A DNA stretch of 64,000 nucleotides from Candidatus Wolfebacteria bacterium (GCA_024654025.1 JANLIR010000005.1:1174-65173), one strand, 5' to 3'. Counted from the first letter of the stretch, positions 38,113 to 49,111 are shown. Notes: generated by a model from the sequence alone, not told the origin. Translations and numbers: made by a program.

Positions 38113-39378
38113 TTACAAATAATTAGTCGGATTAATGTCTCCGCCAAATGGCATCGGTCCGCACATTAGGCTGGGACCCATTCGGAACGTCTGGCTGGCA
38201 AAAACCGTAAAATGAAGGTGAGGGCCAGTAGCATAACCGGTCCTACCAACATAACCTATCAAATCGCCCCGCCTAACTTCTTTTCCTTGAGTAGCGGTAA
38301 TTAGGGAAAAATGCGCGTAAAGCGTTGTTAAATTATTTTCATGTTCTACAACGACGAATTTTCCGTAAGCTCCGCGGTAGCAATATTTATCCTGATTGCC
38401 GGTTGCCACAATTTTTCCTTTTTCAGCCGCAAAAACCGGGGTTCCAATAGGCGCGGCTATATCAATGCCGTTATGCCATTTACCGCGATAACCGCCTTTT
38501 GTGGCAAACGGCGTGGCTCCATAGTCCTGCGAAATCAATCCCGTAGTCGGCATTGCTAATATTCCCGGGGCCCGCGTTGGAAGCAATCCTGGATTTATTT
38601 TTAATCTTAATTCTTCATCTATTTTTTCAATCTCAGAAGCGATGGCTGTTTGTTTCTTTTGCAAATCCGTTAAATATATTTGATAATTTTTTTCCTTATT
38701 TTTTGTTTGCGCCAAAAAATCTTGTTTGGATTTTTTTGTTTCTTCCACAATTATTTTCTTGTTTTTTAAATTATCACTTTCGATTTCCTTGGAGGCTTTC
38801 TTATTAGTAAGGGCTTCCAAATCATTCGATAATTCCCCTCTTAATACATTTAAATCCGCCACATCATTATATAGCCCCTGCTGCAAATCAACCAATCCCT
38901 GCATTTGAAAAACGCTCTCGCTTAAATCTTTATTTCTTAAAAATATCTCTAGCGGACTATTAATGCCGGGTTCTTGCTGTAATTTTCTTAAAGCCGCGGC
39001 TATAATTTGTTTTTTATCTTCTATTTTTACTTCCGCTTCAGAAATATTGTTTTGAATCTGCTCTGACTCAAGGCTGTATTTATTAATCAAAATTTCGCTT
39101 GATTTTATGCCCAAATCCATCTGTTTTACGCTATAATTTATCTGGCTTAATTCATTTTGAAGAGAACTTTTTGCGTTTTGAGTAGCTTCCAGCTGTTTTT
39201 GAACAACCTTAATTTGACTATTTACGTTGTCCAATTCCTGAGTTTTTTGTGAAAGCGAATCCTTTAATTCTTGCGCTTCTTTCGCGTCAACTTTTATTTT
39301 TTGAAAAAGCGCAAAAAAAATCGCCACAACCAAAAAAATCGCGAAATATTTTCTAAAATTTCCGGAGTTCTTATGCAT
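38113..39378 (-). CDS. Coiled-coil M23 peptidase (EnvC-like)
   Basis: HNGID, YAH, TGPHLHF. Confidence 0.92.
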   Translation of the reverse strand: MHKNSGNFRKYFAIFLVVAIFFALFQKIKVDAKEAQELKDSLSQKTQELDNVNSQIKVVQKQLEATQNAKSSLQNELSQINYSVKQMDLGIKSSEILINKYSLESEQIQNNISEAEVKIEDKKQIIAAALRKLQQEPGINSPLEIFLRNKDLSESVFQMQGLVDLQQGLYNDVADLNVLRGELSNDLEALTNKKASKEIESDNLKNKKIIVEETKKSKQDFLAQTKNKEKNYQIYLTDLQKKQTAIASEIEKIDEELRLKINPGLLPTRAPGILAMPTTGLISQDYGATPFATKGGYRGKWHNGIDIAAPIGTPVFAAEKGKIVATGNQDKYCYRGAYGKFVVVEHENNLTTLYAHFSLITATQGKEVRRGDLIGYVGRTGYATGPHLHFTVFASQTFRMGPSLMCGPMPFGGDINPTNYL

Positions 39379-40825
39379 TAAATTTATCCGCTGCTGATTT
39401 AATTCGTTTTAAGCTTTCGTCTTTCCCTAAAACATCCATCAATTCAAATGGTCCAGCGGAAGCTTCCCGTCCCGACAATCCCGCCCGTAGCGGCCACAGA
39501 AGCTCTCCCCTGCCCCAAACCTCGGTAAGAGGCATAATTATTTGTTCCAAACGTTTTTTTCCAAAATCGCTTTCAGGAATTTTTAAAATTTCTTCAGAAA
39601 GCATTTTTAAATTTCTAAGCGTGTCTTTTTCGGAAATATCTTTCCACAACAAAAGTTTTTTGTCGTAAAAAGGTAGCTCAAAAAACGGTTCTGCTAAATT
39701 TTTAAAACCCGCCAAGCTGTTCATTCGCGATTTTTCCACATCAATTATTTTTATAAGCAAATCCGGATTTTCAAGCCATGTTTTGGGAATAAAACTTTCC
39801 AGCCGGCTTAACAATTCCTTACTATCCATTTTTTGTATATATTGGCTGTTAAACCATTCTAATTTAACGATATTAAAAGCTGCTCCTCCTTTTTGCACTC
39901 GCCTTAAATCAAATTCTTTTATTAATTCTTCAACCGGCATAATTTCTTTATCTTCCGTTGGATGCCAGCCCAAAAATGCCAAAAAATTAACGAGTGCTTC
40001 CGGCAAAAATCCTTCGTTGCGGTAATCATTTAAAGACGTTTCCAAATGCCGTTTTGACAACTTACTTCTGTCCGGCGCGAGTATCAAAGGTAAATGCGCG
40101 TATTTAACTTCGTCAAATTCTAAAGCTCGTTGGAGTAAAATTTGTTTTGGCGTATTAGTTATATGATCTTCGCCCCTTATCACATGGCTGATTTTCATCT
40201 CAAAATCATCAACTACGCCCGCAAACATAAACAGCGGGGATCTTAAATTTCGAGCGATTACGATATCTCCGATTAATTCCGCATTAACCGATACCTTGCC
40301 TCGAATAATATCCGTAAACTCAACTTCTATTGGTGGAACTTTAAATCTTATTGCCGCGTGCTCTCCGTTTTCAACGCGTTTTTTAGCTTCTTTTGGATCT
40401 AAATTACGGCACCGTCCGCCGTATTTCGGAGCCATTCCTTGGCTTAACATCGCTTGCCTGTCTTCTTCAAGTTGTTCCTTGGAACAAAAACAATAATAAA
40501 CTTTTTCTTCATCAAAAAACTTGTTTAAATATTTTTCATATATATCCAGCCTCTCGTTTTGCCGGTATGGCCCGTATTGGCCTCCCACATCCGGCCCTTC
40601 ATCCCAATCAAAACCAAGCCATTTAAGGCCGTTTATTATGTCTTCCTCGTATTCTTTCTTTGACCTCTCAAAATCGGTATCCTCAATCCTTAAGATTATC
40701 TTTCCATTATGGCTCTTAGCAAAAAGCCAGTTAAAAAGCGTTGTTCTGGCTGTTCCTAAATGAAGCGGCCCTGTCGGAGATGGCGCCATCCTTACCCTTA
40801 CGGGCTTTTTTACGCTATCAGTCAT
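39371..40825 (-). CDS. gltX: Glutamate--tRNA ligase
   Basis: APSPTG-HLGT, RIEDTD, RGEDH, KLSKR. Confidence 0.97.
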   Translation of the reverse strand: MTDSVKKPVRVRMAPSPTGPLHLGTARTTLFNWLFAKSHNGKIILRIEDTDFERSKKEYEEDIINGLKWLGFDWDEGPDVGGQYGPYRQNERLDIYEKYLNKFFDEEKVYYCFCSKEQLEEDRQAMLSQGMAPKYGGRCRNLDPKEAKKRVENGEHAAIRFKVPPIEVEFTDIIRGKVSVNAELIGDIVIARNLRSPLFMFAGVVDDFEMKISHVIRGEDHITNTPKQILLQRALEFDEVKYAHLPLILAPDRSKLSKRHLETSLNDYRNEGFLPEALVNFLAFLGWHPTEDKEIMPVEELIKEFDLRRVQKGGAAFNIVKLEWFNSQYIQKMDSKELLSRLESFIPKTWLENPDLLIKIIDVEKSRMNSLAGFKNLAEPFFELPFYDKKLLLWKDISEKDTLRNLKMLSEEILKIPESDFGKKRLEQIIMPLTEVWGRGELLWPLRAGLSGREASAGPFELMDVLGKDESLKRIKSAADKFNA

Positions 40826-40889
40826 TTGATTATTCTACCAAAAAAAACCACGCTTTGCTATTGACAAAAAATACAATAAATTGCCTTAC

Positions 40890-42050
40890 CTAGCCTTTGT
40901 TGCCTAACTTAATTATTTCTTCCGCCAATAATTTTGTCGCGTTTGGTTTAGCGAATTTTTTAGCCGCCAAAGACATCGCATTATAATTTTCCTGATTACC
41001 AAAAATTTTATTCACTTGAGCTAAAAACAAATGCGGAGTCAAATTTTCCTCTTCTATTACGATTGCGGCTCCGGTTTTTGCATACTCATACGCGTTTTTT
41101 TTCTGATGATCCGCCGCTGACTCCGGAAGCGGTATTAACACGGACGGTTTTCCTATCGCCGCTATTTCAAAAATAAAACTTCCGGATCGCGACACGATTA
41201 AGTCCGCCGCGGCCACCGCATCCTTCAATAATTTACCATCTAAAAACGGCATTGTTTTATAAGCAACTTGATACTCTTTGGGCAATTTTTCCAAAACTAA
41301 TTTTAATTCATTATTAAAACCATGAAGATTATTCACTCCTGTCTGATGATAAATTTGAAAACCCTCTTTTAATAAATCAGGCGCGGTATCAAGAAAAAAA
41401 TCGTTTATTCGTATTGAGCCCCGCGACCCGCTTATTACCAAAAGAAGCTTTCTATTCGGGTCAAGTTCCAAAACTTTTTTAGCGGTTTCCTGATTTAAAT
41501 CAAAATCGGTTAAAAACATATTTCTTACCGGATTGCCCGTTAAAGCAATTTTTTCCGACATTAATTGACGCTTGATTTCTTTTTTATATAAATTTACAAA
41601 AGAATCGGCGGCAACGTCATATGAAATCGCAATCCTGTCGCTGAATCTTGCGGACAACAAATTTTGCGCGCCCGGAATCGAATCGCTGTCTTGGATGATT
41701 ATCGGCACTCGGTAAAACCAGCACGCCAAAACAACCGCGAAAGATCCGGTTCCTCCTTTTGAAAATAAAACATCGGGCATTATCCAAAAAACTTTCCAAA
41801 AAGCCTGGAAAATGCTAAATAAAAATTTCGGAATGTCTATAAAATTCCTAAAATCGAAATATCTTCGTAATTTTGCCGATACGATACTCTTAATTTTAAT
41901 ACCGGCTTTAATAAGTTCGGCTTCGTAAATATCCGGAGTTCCAACATAAAAAAAATCGCTGCCAGGTATTGTTTCTTTTAATTTGTCGCAAACAGCGATT
42001 ATCGGAAAAATATGTCCGCCCGATCCCCCGCCGGTAAATAAAATTCTCAT
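40890..42050 (-). CDS. murG: MurG glycosyltransferase
   Basis: GGGSGGHIFP, TGNPVR, HQKKNA. Confidence 0.95.
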   Translation of the reverse strand: MRILFTGGGSGGHIFPIIAVCDKLKETIPGSDFFYVGTPDIYEAELIKAGIKIKSIVSAKLRRYFDFRNFIDIPKFLFSIFQAFWKVFWIMPDVLFSKGGTGSFAVVLACWFYRVPIIIQDSDSIPGAQNLLSARFSDRIAISYDVAADSFVNLYKKEIKRQLMSEKIALTGNPVRNMFLTDFDLNQETAKKVLELDPNRKLLLVISGSRGSIRINDFFLDTAPDLLKEGFQIYHQTGVNNLHGFNNELKLVLEKLPKEYQVAYKTMPFLDGKLLKDAVAAADLIVSRSGSFIFEIAAIGKPSVLIPLPESAADHQKKNAYEYAKTGAAIVIEEENLTPHLFLAQVNKIFGNQENYNAMSLAAKKFAKPNATKLLAEEIIKLGNKG

Positions 42051-42062
42051 AGTCGTTAGTAG

Positions 42063-43148
42063 TTATGTGTTCTTCGATATATTACCAATTATGCCGGCCA
42101 TGGTCAAAAAAATTGCCAGCGAACTGCTTCCGTAGCTTACAAAAGGCAGGGGCATTCCGGTCAAAGGCAATAATCCCGAAATCGAGCCGATATTAATTAT
42201 CGCCTGTATGGTAATTATAGAAACAAAACCAATTACAACCAGTCGGCTAAATTGATCCCGGCAATTTGCTGCGATTTGAACGCCCCTTATAAGTATTATT
42301 ACAAAAAGCACTATCAAAAAAATCGCTCCGGCAAAACCGAGCTCCTCGGCGATTACGGCAAAAATTGAATCTCCTATGGGCTCTGGCAAAAAATTATACT
42401 TATTAGTCGAATTGCCATAACCAACTCCCAGTCCCCCGCCCGAACCTATCGCCATAAGAGCCTGTTCTCGATGAAAACCGCTTGCAAAATTTTTCACCCT
42501 CTCCAATCTATAAGGACTCGCCACAACAAGAAACGCGATTACTAAAACCGTAACAGAAGAAAAACCGACAACATAACGCATTTTCAAACCGCTAACAAAA
42601 TAAACTATCAAACTAGCGGCAACTATAACAACGGCGATTGTTGTTGCGGGCTGCATAAAAATCAATCCTGTTATAAGGGCCACTACTGCCAAAAAAGGCA
42701 AAAAACCTTCCCAAAAACTTGATTGCCTCTCTTTTCGTTTAGAAAGCCACGCAGCTAAATAAATTATAAAAGTTATTTTTAAAAGTTCCGCCGGCTGAAA
42801 CAAAACCGGTCCAAAATTAAGCCACCTATTCGCGCCTCCCGCCTTAAAACCAAAAGGCGAAAAAACTAACACAAGCAATAATATGCTTATTCCTAAAAGC
42901 GGCACTGCTAATTTCTGCCATTTTTTGTAGTGGATAAAAAGCCCGATTAAAAATCCTAAAATCCCCAAACCCAAACCATACATCAACTGTCTTTTTAAAT
43001 AATAGTTCGAGTCGTTGAATTTTATTTTTCCTAAATCCGAAGAAGCGCTTGCCAGCATTATTAAACCAAAAACAACCAGTATTACTACTGCCGCCAAAAA
43101 CACGAAATCCGGCCCTTTCCCAACTCTTGTTAACGCTCTTTTCGCCAT
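42063..43148 (-). CDS. ftsW: SEDS protein FtsW
   Basis: RW-QPAE-K, IAEELG, PLTG-LPFVSYG. Confidence 0.92.
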   Translation of the reverse strand: MAKRALTRVGKGPDFVFLAAVVILVVFGLIMLASASSDLGKIKFNDSNYYLKRQLMYGLGLGILGFLIGLFIHYKKWQKLAVPLLGISILLLVLVFSPFGFKAGGANRWLNFGPVLFQPAELLKITFIIYLAAWLSKRKERQSSFWEGFLPFLAVVALITGLIFMQPATTIAVVIVAASLIVYFVSGLKMRYVVGFSSVTVLVIAFLVVASPYRLERVKNFASGFHREQALMAIGSGGGLGVGYGNSTNKYNFLPEPIGDSIFAVIAEELGFAGAIFLIVLFVIILIRGVQIAANCRDQFSRLVVIGFVSIITIQAIINIGSISGLLPLTGMPLPFVSYGSSSLAIFLTMAGIIGNISKNT

Positions 43149-43153
43149 TTTAT

Positions 43154-44659
43154 TTATCGCCTTAAAACTCGGCCTGACATTATATTCAAATACTGGCCGT
43201 TTTTAACGGTAATTTTCCCGTTAACAAACACATGCTCGATATGCGAATCACGAAAAATTACCAGATCGGCAAAATATTTTTCTTTGATAAGCCCCCGGTT
43301 TTTCAAGCCCAAAATTTTAGCCGGCAACCCCGTTATTTTTCTAACCGCAATTTCAATTGGCAAAACGGATTTTTTTAGCGAAGAATCCAAGAATTTTGGG
43401 AATGCGGAATAAAATTTAGCGGCTACTAAATTTTCCGGATTTTTATTAAAACTTACCCCGCCCGAAGAAACAACGGCTCGGCTGTAACTGATCAAATTCA
43501 ACAAGTTTTTTTGGTTATAACCTTTATAAACAACCGCTCCCCGCAAATTCAAAAAATCAACCAGGTGTAAAAACGCGTTTTTTGCCGTCATGTCCTTTGC
43601 CTCGGCAAAATCTTTTAAAGACCTGCCAACAAGATAATCGTGGCGAGGCGCGGAAATAATTTTGAATTCCTCGCTTTTAAATTTTACCGGCAGTTCTTTT
43701 TTAATCTTATTTATAAAAACCGCGTCGTTTAAATTATTATGGATTTCCTTTAAACTGCCTCTGGTCGCGAAACACGGCAAAAAAGAAAAAATCGGAGCGA
43801 TAAAACGGGAAAGCAGGCTCAGACTGAAATAAATATTTGCCTTGGCGGAACTTTCATCGATTAACTCCGCAATTTTTTTCAAATCCATTTCTGTTCCGGA
43901 AAGCGCCGAAAAATTTCCTATGCTGATTCTGGCTTCGGTTTCTTTCGCTAAATTTATAATTTCTTCGGCCATTGAAACGCTGTCATTTTTACAATCATTA
44001 CAACTTTTTAAATTAATACTCGCAATCCCCTTTTGAGCGGCGACTTCTTCGACTAAAAATTTGATTTCTTTATGCGGCGTTAAAGAAGTAAGCGGAAAAT
44101 TCAAATTGACCGATAATCCAAACGCGCCCTCTTCCAAAGATTTTTTTAAAACCATTCTGGCGACATTAAGTTCATTTTGGGTTAAATCGCGAAAATTATC
44201 GCCGATAATAGATTCCCTGAGCGTCGCGTGGCCCACAAGAGTGCCGAAATTCACGCCGAACTTTTTTTTGTCTAACGTATCAAGCAACTCACCGATCGTA
44301 TGCCAGTTGATGTTTATTTTATAAACATCGGTAAAAAGCTTGTTTAATTCCAAAGACCCGTAAAAAATAGGCGCCAAAGAAATCCCGTTTTGACCGCCAA
44401 TGATGGTTGTTACTCCTTGCAAAAGAAAATCTTTTTGGGAAGGATTTGAAAAAAGGGTCAAAAATAAATCCGATGAAGTGTTTATATCAATAAACCCCGG
44501 CGCCAGATACGCTCCCACGCCGTCTATTATTTCGGCGTTCTGATACCGATGGAAATGGCCAATGGCCGCAATTTTGTTGCGTTTTATGATAACGTCCGCT
44601 TTCCTGGGTGTCTGGCCGGTTCCATCTAAAATAACAACGTTTTTAATAAGTGTAGTCAT
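43154..44659 (-). CDS. N-acyl-D-amino-acid deacylase-like amidohydrolase with degenerate metal site
   Basis: DGTG, APGFID(INTS)SD, QGVTT, RG-I-ADLV. Confidence 0.8.
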   Translation of the reverse strand: MTTLIKNVVILDGTGQTPRKADVIIKRNKIAAIGHFHRYQNAEIIDGVGAYLAPGFIDINTSSDLFLTLFSNPSQKDFLLQGVTTIIGGQNGISLAPIFYGSLELNKLFTDVYKININWHTIGELLDTLDKKKFGVNFGTLVGHATLRESIIGDNFRDLTQNELNVARMVLKKSLEEGAFGLSVNLNFPLTSLTPHKEIKFLVEEVAAQKGIASINLKSCNDCKNDSVSMAEEIINLAKETEARISIGNFSALSGTEMDLKKIAELIDESSAKANIYFSLSLLSRFIAPIFSFLPCFATRGSLKEIHNNLNDAVFINKIKKELPVKFKSEEFKIISAPRHDYLVGRSLKDFAEAKDMTAKNAFLHLVDFLNLRGAVVYKGYNQKNLLNLISYSRAVVSSGGVSFNKNPENLVAAKFYSAFPKFLDSSLKKSVLPIEIAVRKITGLPAKILGLKNRGLIKEKYFADLVIFRDSHIEHVFVNGKITVKNGQYLNIMSGRVLRR

Positions 44660-44829
44660 AAAACAAGCGACTTTTCATCGCTTTAATTATTTTACGATAT
44701 TTTTGGGCTAAAAGAAATTGTTGTTATTCACAACTTTCCAAAACATTGATACATTCAGTATGATTCAGTATCAACACTGAGCCTGTCGAACGTGTTGACT
44801 TTTACAACAAATGGGTATATATTTATATT

Positions 44830-44920
44830 CATAGTGAGTGTGTTTTTCTTATCCTTGTTCGAAAGAATCAGGACATTTAAGGAAAACTCCCGTTTCCTCC
44901 CCCGCAAGGGGGAGGTTTTG
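44830..44920 (+). ncRNA. Candidate small RNA
   Basis: TTGACT-17-TATATT promoter at 44795-44823; stem-loop; strong terminator at 44896-44920. Confidence 0.4.
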
Positions 44921-44944
44921 TTTATAGAAAAATAATCAATTTTT

Positions 44945-45397
44945 CTATCTATGGCTTTTATATAATTCTAAAACTCTATTTGCATTCGGTTTTAGCTGAG
45001 ACAACTCGGAGACAACAAACCAACGCGCTTCTGAAATTTCAATCGGGTCGATCTTAAAATGTTTATTAGGAACAGAGGCGGTAAAACAATAAACCGTATC
45101 GCGTTTAAATTGGCTATTAGCCATAAACGACCCTATAAAATCAATATTATTTAATTTAATTCCGACCTCTTCTTTTGTTTCCCGTTTCAACGCCTCCTCA
45201 GGTGTCTCGTTTTTCTTTACTCCTCCTCCCGGAAAAGTCCAAGATTTATGTCCGTATGTATTTTTAATTAATAGGATTTCACCATTGCATTCAATAACAC
45301 ACTTTACGCCTTTGGTTTTTGGCCGAAAAATAAACCGATATAACTTCTTTACTGGTTTTAAAACCTTGTAATAAATTTTAATAGTGCTATCTTCCAT
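44945..45397 (-). CDS. NUDIX hydrolase
   Basis: Nudix box PGG-E-LKRETKEEVG. Confidence 0.92.
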   Translation of the reverse strand: MEDSTIKIYYKVLKPVKKLYRFIFRPKTKGVKCVIECNGEILLIKNTYGHKSWTFPGGGVKKNETPEEALKRETKEEVGIKLNNIDFIGSFMANSQFKRDTVYCFTASVPNKHFKIDPIEISEARWFVVSELSQLKPNANRVLELYKSHR

Positions 45398-45573
45398 GAC
45401 ACTTTTTATACTTCTTACAACCTACAAAAAAATATAACATGGTTATTTATACCATTTTAAGCCATTTTTATTACATTGACAAATATATTTTTACATGCTA
45501 CTATCTTAATTGGCAATATTATTACCAATTGAATATTTAGGTATTCATATTCCTCAATGGAAAGGAGAACCTC

Positions 45574-45789
45574 ATGTTTCTCGTTCTAAGTATCATTTGG
45601 ATTTTTGGTAAATTTTCAACCGGAATTGCATGGATTTTAAATATCACTCTGGTTCTTTCAGTGGTGATAGCCGCTATTCAAGCGTTCAAAACCGGCGACA
45701 GCGATAACATGTGGAAAAATTCTTCCTGGCTCAATCGTCTTGCCTGGTTATATCTATTAGTTATGCTTATTTGTCCAGGTCCAGGTTAA
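45574..45789 (+). CDS. Small membrane protein
   Basis: AAAGGAG SD; upstream TTGACA-17-TACTAT; hydrophobic; downstream hairpin. Confidence 0.55.
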   Translation: MFLVLSIIWIFGKFSTGIAWILNITLVLSVVIAAIQAFKTGDSDNMWKNSSWLNRLAWLYLLVMLICPGPG

Positions 45790-45955
45790 ATTCCTTTTTT
45801 CCGGCCACCATACTATTTGGATTTTCGTTTTGGACTCCTCGCAATCAATGGTCCTGCTTTATATAGAGTAGGACCATTTTATTTTCCATGACATTTCTTA
45901 TACTTTTTCCCGCTTCCGTCCGCCTTCGCCGAAGCTTCGGCAGGACTTCGCTTTA

Positions 45956-48502
45956 TTACTTATGATGTGACGCGTTAATTAAACCGCATTGTTTCCATTT
46001 ATAAACTTTGCCAGTCTCCGAATTAATCGCTCCGCACGGGCAGGGATCATTTCTGCCCACTTTTTTATCAGTCGCAGAAATATTTTTAACCGGCACGTTT
46101 TGCCTAGGAATATTTCCAGTCGGCGATTTCAAAATCCGCCAGATATTTTGAAATACTGTATCTTCAAAATTAGCAAAAAGGTTTTTAAAATGCTGATGCG
46201 CCTCTCGCCGATATTCCACTAAAGGATCGTGCTGGCCGTACGCTCGTATTCCAACCGACTCCAAAAGCGCTTCCAGATTTTCTAAATGCGTCATCCAAAA
46301 CATATCCAAAGTTCCCAGAAGCCGGAACTTTATTTCTTGCTGGTTTTCTTCGGTGATTAAGCCGTTTATTTTATTTTCAACCAGCGCCTCAATATCGCCT
46401 TTTTCTAATTCTTCTTTTTCAAGAATGCCTGTTTCGGTTAAAATTTTCTCCAATTGATCGCGCTCGGAAACATTATTTTTTATCCGCTCCCAACTGTTAA
46501 AAGCTATTTCTTTAAAAATTTCTTTGGCATTCGATTCTATTATTTCCTGCCTTTTTTTATAAACCGCGTCTCTTTGCTTATTTAAAACATTGTCGTAATC
46601 AAGCAAATGCTTTCTGGAATCGAAATTCATTCCTTCAATTTTCTTCTGCGCTTCGTTAACGACTTTTGAAATCATTGACGATTCAATCGGCTCGTCTTCG
46701 GGCAAATTAAAAGTTTCCATTAATTTTCTCACCCTTTCGCCTCCGAAAATTCTAAGCAAATCATCTTCAAGCGAAAGAAAAAATTGCGATGAACCATGAT
46801 CGCCCTGCCGACCGCTTCTGCCCCTAAGCTGATTGTCAATTCTTCGCGCTTCGTGGCGTTCAGTGCCGATAACATGAAGTCCGCCCGCCTCTTTAACTAT
46901 TCGAGCTGTTTCGGGACTTGGCGGATTGCCTCCTAAAATTATATCCACTCCCCTTCCCGCCATGTTAGTCGCCACTGTCACGGCTTTTAATTTTCCGGCT
47001 TGCGCGATTATTTCTCCTTCACGTTCGTGGTTTTTTGCGTTCAAAACCTCATGCGGAATATTCGCTTGACTCAAAAACGCCGAAACAATTTCGTTGTTTT
47101 GTATAGAACCCGTTCCGATTAAAACCGGCTGTCCCGCTTCATACCTCTTCTTTATATCGCTAATAATAGCTTTGTATTTCACTTCCAAATTTTTATATAT
47201 CAAATCTTCCTTATCTTTTCTTATTGTCGGCTTATTTGTGGGAATAGAAACAACTTCTAAACCGTAAACTTTGTCAAACTCTTCGGCAGACGTCTGCGCA
47301 GTACCGGTCATGCCTGAGATTTTCTCGTATAATTTAAAATAATTTTGAATAGTAATCTGCGCGTAAGTACGCGATTCTTCTTTTACCTCCACGCCTTCCT
47401 TTGCCTCAATTGCTTGGTGAAGACCGGCGCTGTAGCGTCTGCCGGGCATTAAACGGCCGGTAAATTCGTCAACGATTATAACCTCGCCATTTTTAACAAC
47501 ATACTTTTTATCTTTATGAAACAACGCCTTTGCTTTAAGGGATTCTTCCAAATAATGGATTAACCGGGCGTTTTCCGGTCCGTACAAATCTTTAATATTC
47601 AACATCCGCTCCACTTTATTTATTCCATTTTCAGTTATTAATACTGATTTTAATTTCTCGTCAACGCTATAATCCTCTTCTTTTAAAAGATTAGCCGCTA
47701 CTTTTGCGAAAACTTTATAAAAATTACTGGACTCGACATCTGGCGCGGAAATTATAAGCGGGGTTCGTGCTTCGTCTATTAAAATGCTGTCCACTTCGTC
47801 GATAATGGCAAAATAATGTTCCCGCTGAACCTGATCTTCCTTGCTATGCGCTAAATTATCGCGTAAATAATCAAACCCGAATTCATTAATGGTGCCGTAA
47901 GTTATATCCGCCAAATAAGCTTCTTTGCGAGATGCCGGCCTTAGAAAATCAGACACAACTTTAAAACTGCCTAAGGCATCGCGTTCTTTGTCTTTTTCGC
48001 CTTCATTGTTTGGCTTATACAAAGGGTCGTACAAAAAAGCTTGATCATGAGTTAAGCAGCCCACAGTCATTCCCAGTAACCAATAAATTTGCCCCATCCA
48101 CACCGCGTCTCTTCTAGCTAAATAGTCATTAACGGTTATAGCGTGCGCTCCTTTTCCCAAAAGAGAGTTTAGATAAATCGGAGAAGTTGCCGCTAAAGTT
48201 TTTCCTTCGCCGGTCGCCATCTCGGCAATTTTACTTTGATGCAAAACCAACCCGCCGATTAATTGGACATCAAAATGCCTTTGACGTAAATTTCTTTTCG
48301 CTGATTCTCTGACTAAAGCGAATGCTTCTTCGATAATTTTATCGAGATCGTTTTTTTCTTTTATTTGATTCTTCAGCTCGATGCTTTTTTCTTTTAATTC
48401 ATCGTCTGATAAATTTTTAAATTTATCTTCCAATAAATTTATTTTTTTAACTTGGGCAGAAAAATCCTGCTTTCCAAGAAAGCTTTTTAAAAAATTCTTC
48501 AT
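45956..48502 (-). CDS. secA: Preprotein translocase SecA
   Basis: EMATGEGKT, DEVD, TNMAGRG, QLRGRSGRQGD, GRNDPCPCG. Confidence 0.98.
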   Translation of the reverse strand: MKNFLKSFLGKQDFSAQVKKINLLEDKFKNLSDDELKEKSIELKNQIKEKNDLDKIIEEAFALVRESAKRNLRQRHFDVQLIGGLVLHQSKIAEMATGEGKTLAATSPIYLNSLLGKGAHAITVNDYLARRDAVWMGQIYWLLGMTVGCLTHDQAFLYDPLYKPNNEGEKDKERDALGSFKVVSDFLRPASRKEAYLADITYGTINEFGFDYLRDNLAHSKEDQVQREHYFAIIDEVDSILIDEARTPLIISAPDVESSNFYKVFAKVAANLLKEEDYSVDEKLKSVLITENGINKVERMLNIKDLYGPENARLIHYLEESLKAKALFHKDKKYVVKNGEVIIVDEFTGRLMPGRRYSAGLHQAIEAKEGVEVKEESRTYAQITIQNYFKLYEKISGMTGTAQTSAEEFDKVYGLEVVSIPTNKPTIRKDKEDLIYKNLEVKYKAIISDIKKRYEAGQPVLIGTGSIQNNEIVSAFLSQANIPHEVLNAKNHEREGEIIAQAGKLKAVTVATNMAGRGVDIILGGNPPSPETARIVKEAGGLHVIGTERHEARRIDNQLRGRSGRQGDHGSSQFFLSLEDDLLRIFGGERVRKLMETFNLPEDEPIESSMISKVVNEAQKKIEGMNFDSRKHLLDYDNVLNKQRDAVYKKRQEIIESNAKEIFKEIAFNSWERIKNNVSERDQLEKILTETGILEKEELEKGDIEALVENKINGLITEENQQEIKFRLLGTLDMFWMTHLENLEALLESVGIRAYGQHDPLVEYRREAHQHFKNLFANFEDTVFQNIWRILKSPTGNIPRQNVPVKNISATDKKVGRNDPCPCGAINSETGKVYKWKQCGLINASHHK

Positions 48503-48594
48503 ATCTTATTGCAAAATTTTCGTTTTTCTCCGACTGAACGCCGGAGAATTAAATATGCTATCGAGAATTTATTTTTTTTCTAAAACTCCAAATT

Positions 48595-48930
48595 CTATTT
48601 GACCATTCTGGCTTTTTCAATAAACGTTTCTTTATATTTTTGGATGCTTTGTTTTAAAACATCTTTAATCGTATCAATTGCAGCCCGCAAATCAACGCTA
48701 CTATTTTCAACTCTTAAAACTTTTTTTGGCAATTCCATTGTAGCTTCCGCATAAAAAATTTCTCCGCTTTTATGATGTTTTGTGGTTTTTCCAATTTCCA
48801 CAAAAATTTCAACCCCTTCTTTTGCGTCAATTTTTTTAATAAATTTACCAAGAGAACCTATTTTTTTCTCTGTGTATTCTTTCAAAGCGGGGGTTAATTC
48901 AATTTGGGTGGTTTTTATTATAATTTTCAT
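48595..48930 (-). CDS. raiA: Ribosome hibernation factor HPF/RaiA
   Basis: LTPALKEY-KI, DLRAAID. Confidence 0.9.
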   Translation of the reverse strand: MKIIIKTTQIELTPALKEYTEKKIGSLGKFIKKIDAKEGVEIFVEIGKTTKHHKSGEIFYAEATMELPKKVLRVENSSVDLRAAIDTIKDVLKQSIQKYKETFIEKARMVK

Positions 48931-49054
48931 ATCATTAATATATTTCCTTTATTGTTACTTAAAAATAACAATAAATTCACGCATTGGCATAGTATATAAC
49001 ATTTTTCCAATAATAAAAGACCCGCCCCGATTTGATTCGGGGCGGGATAGAAAT

Positions 49055-49111
49055 TTACCTTCTCTTTCTCTTTTTAGCAGTTTTTTTCGCTGCTTTCTTT
49101 TTTGCTGCCAT
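49055..49111 (-). CDS. 18-aa Lys/Arg/Ala-rich micro-protein MAAKKKAAKKTAKKRKRR
   Basis: ATG to TAA in frame; own terminator at 49021-49046. Confidence 0.6.
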   Translation of the reverse strand: MAAKKKAAKKTAKKRKRR

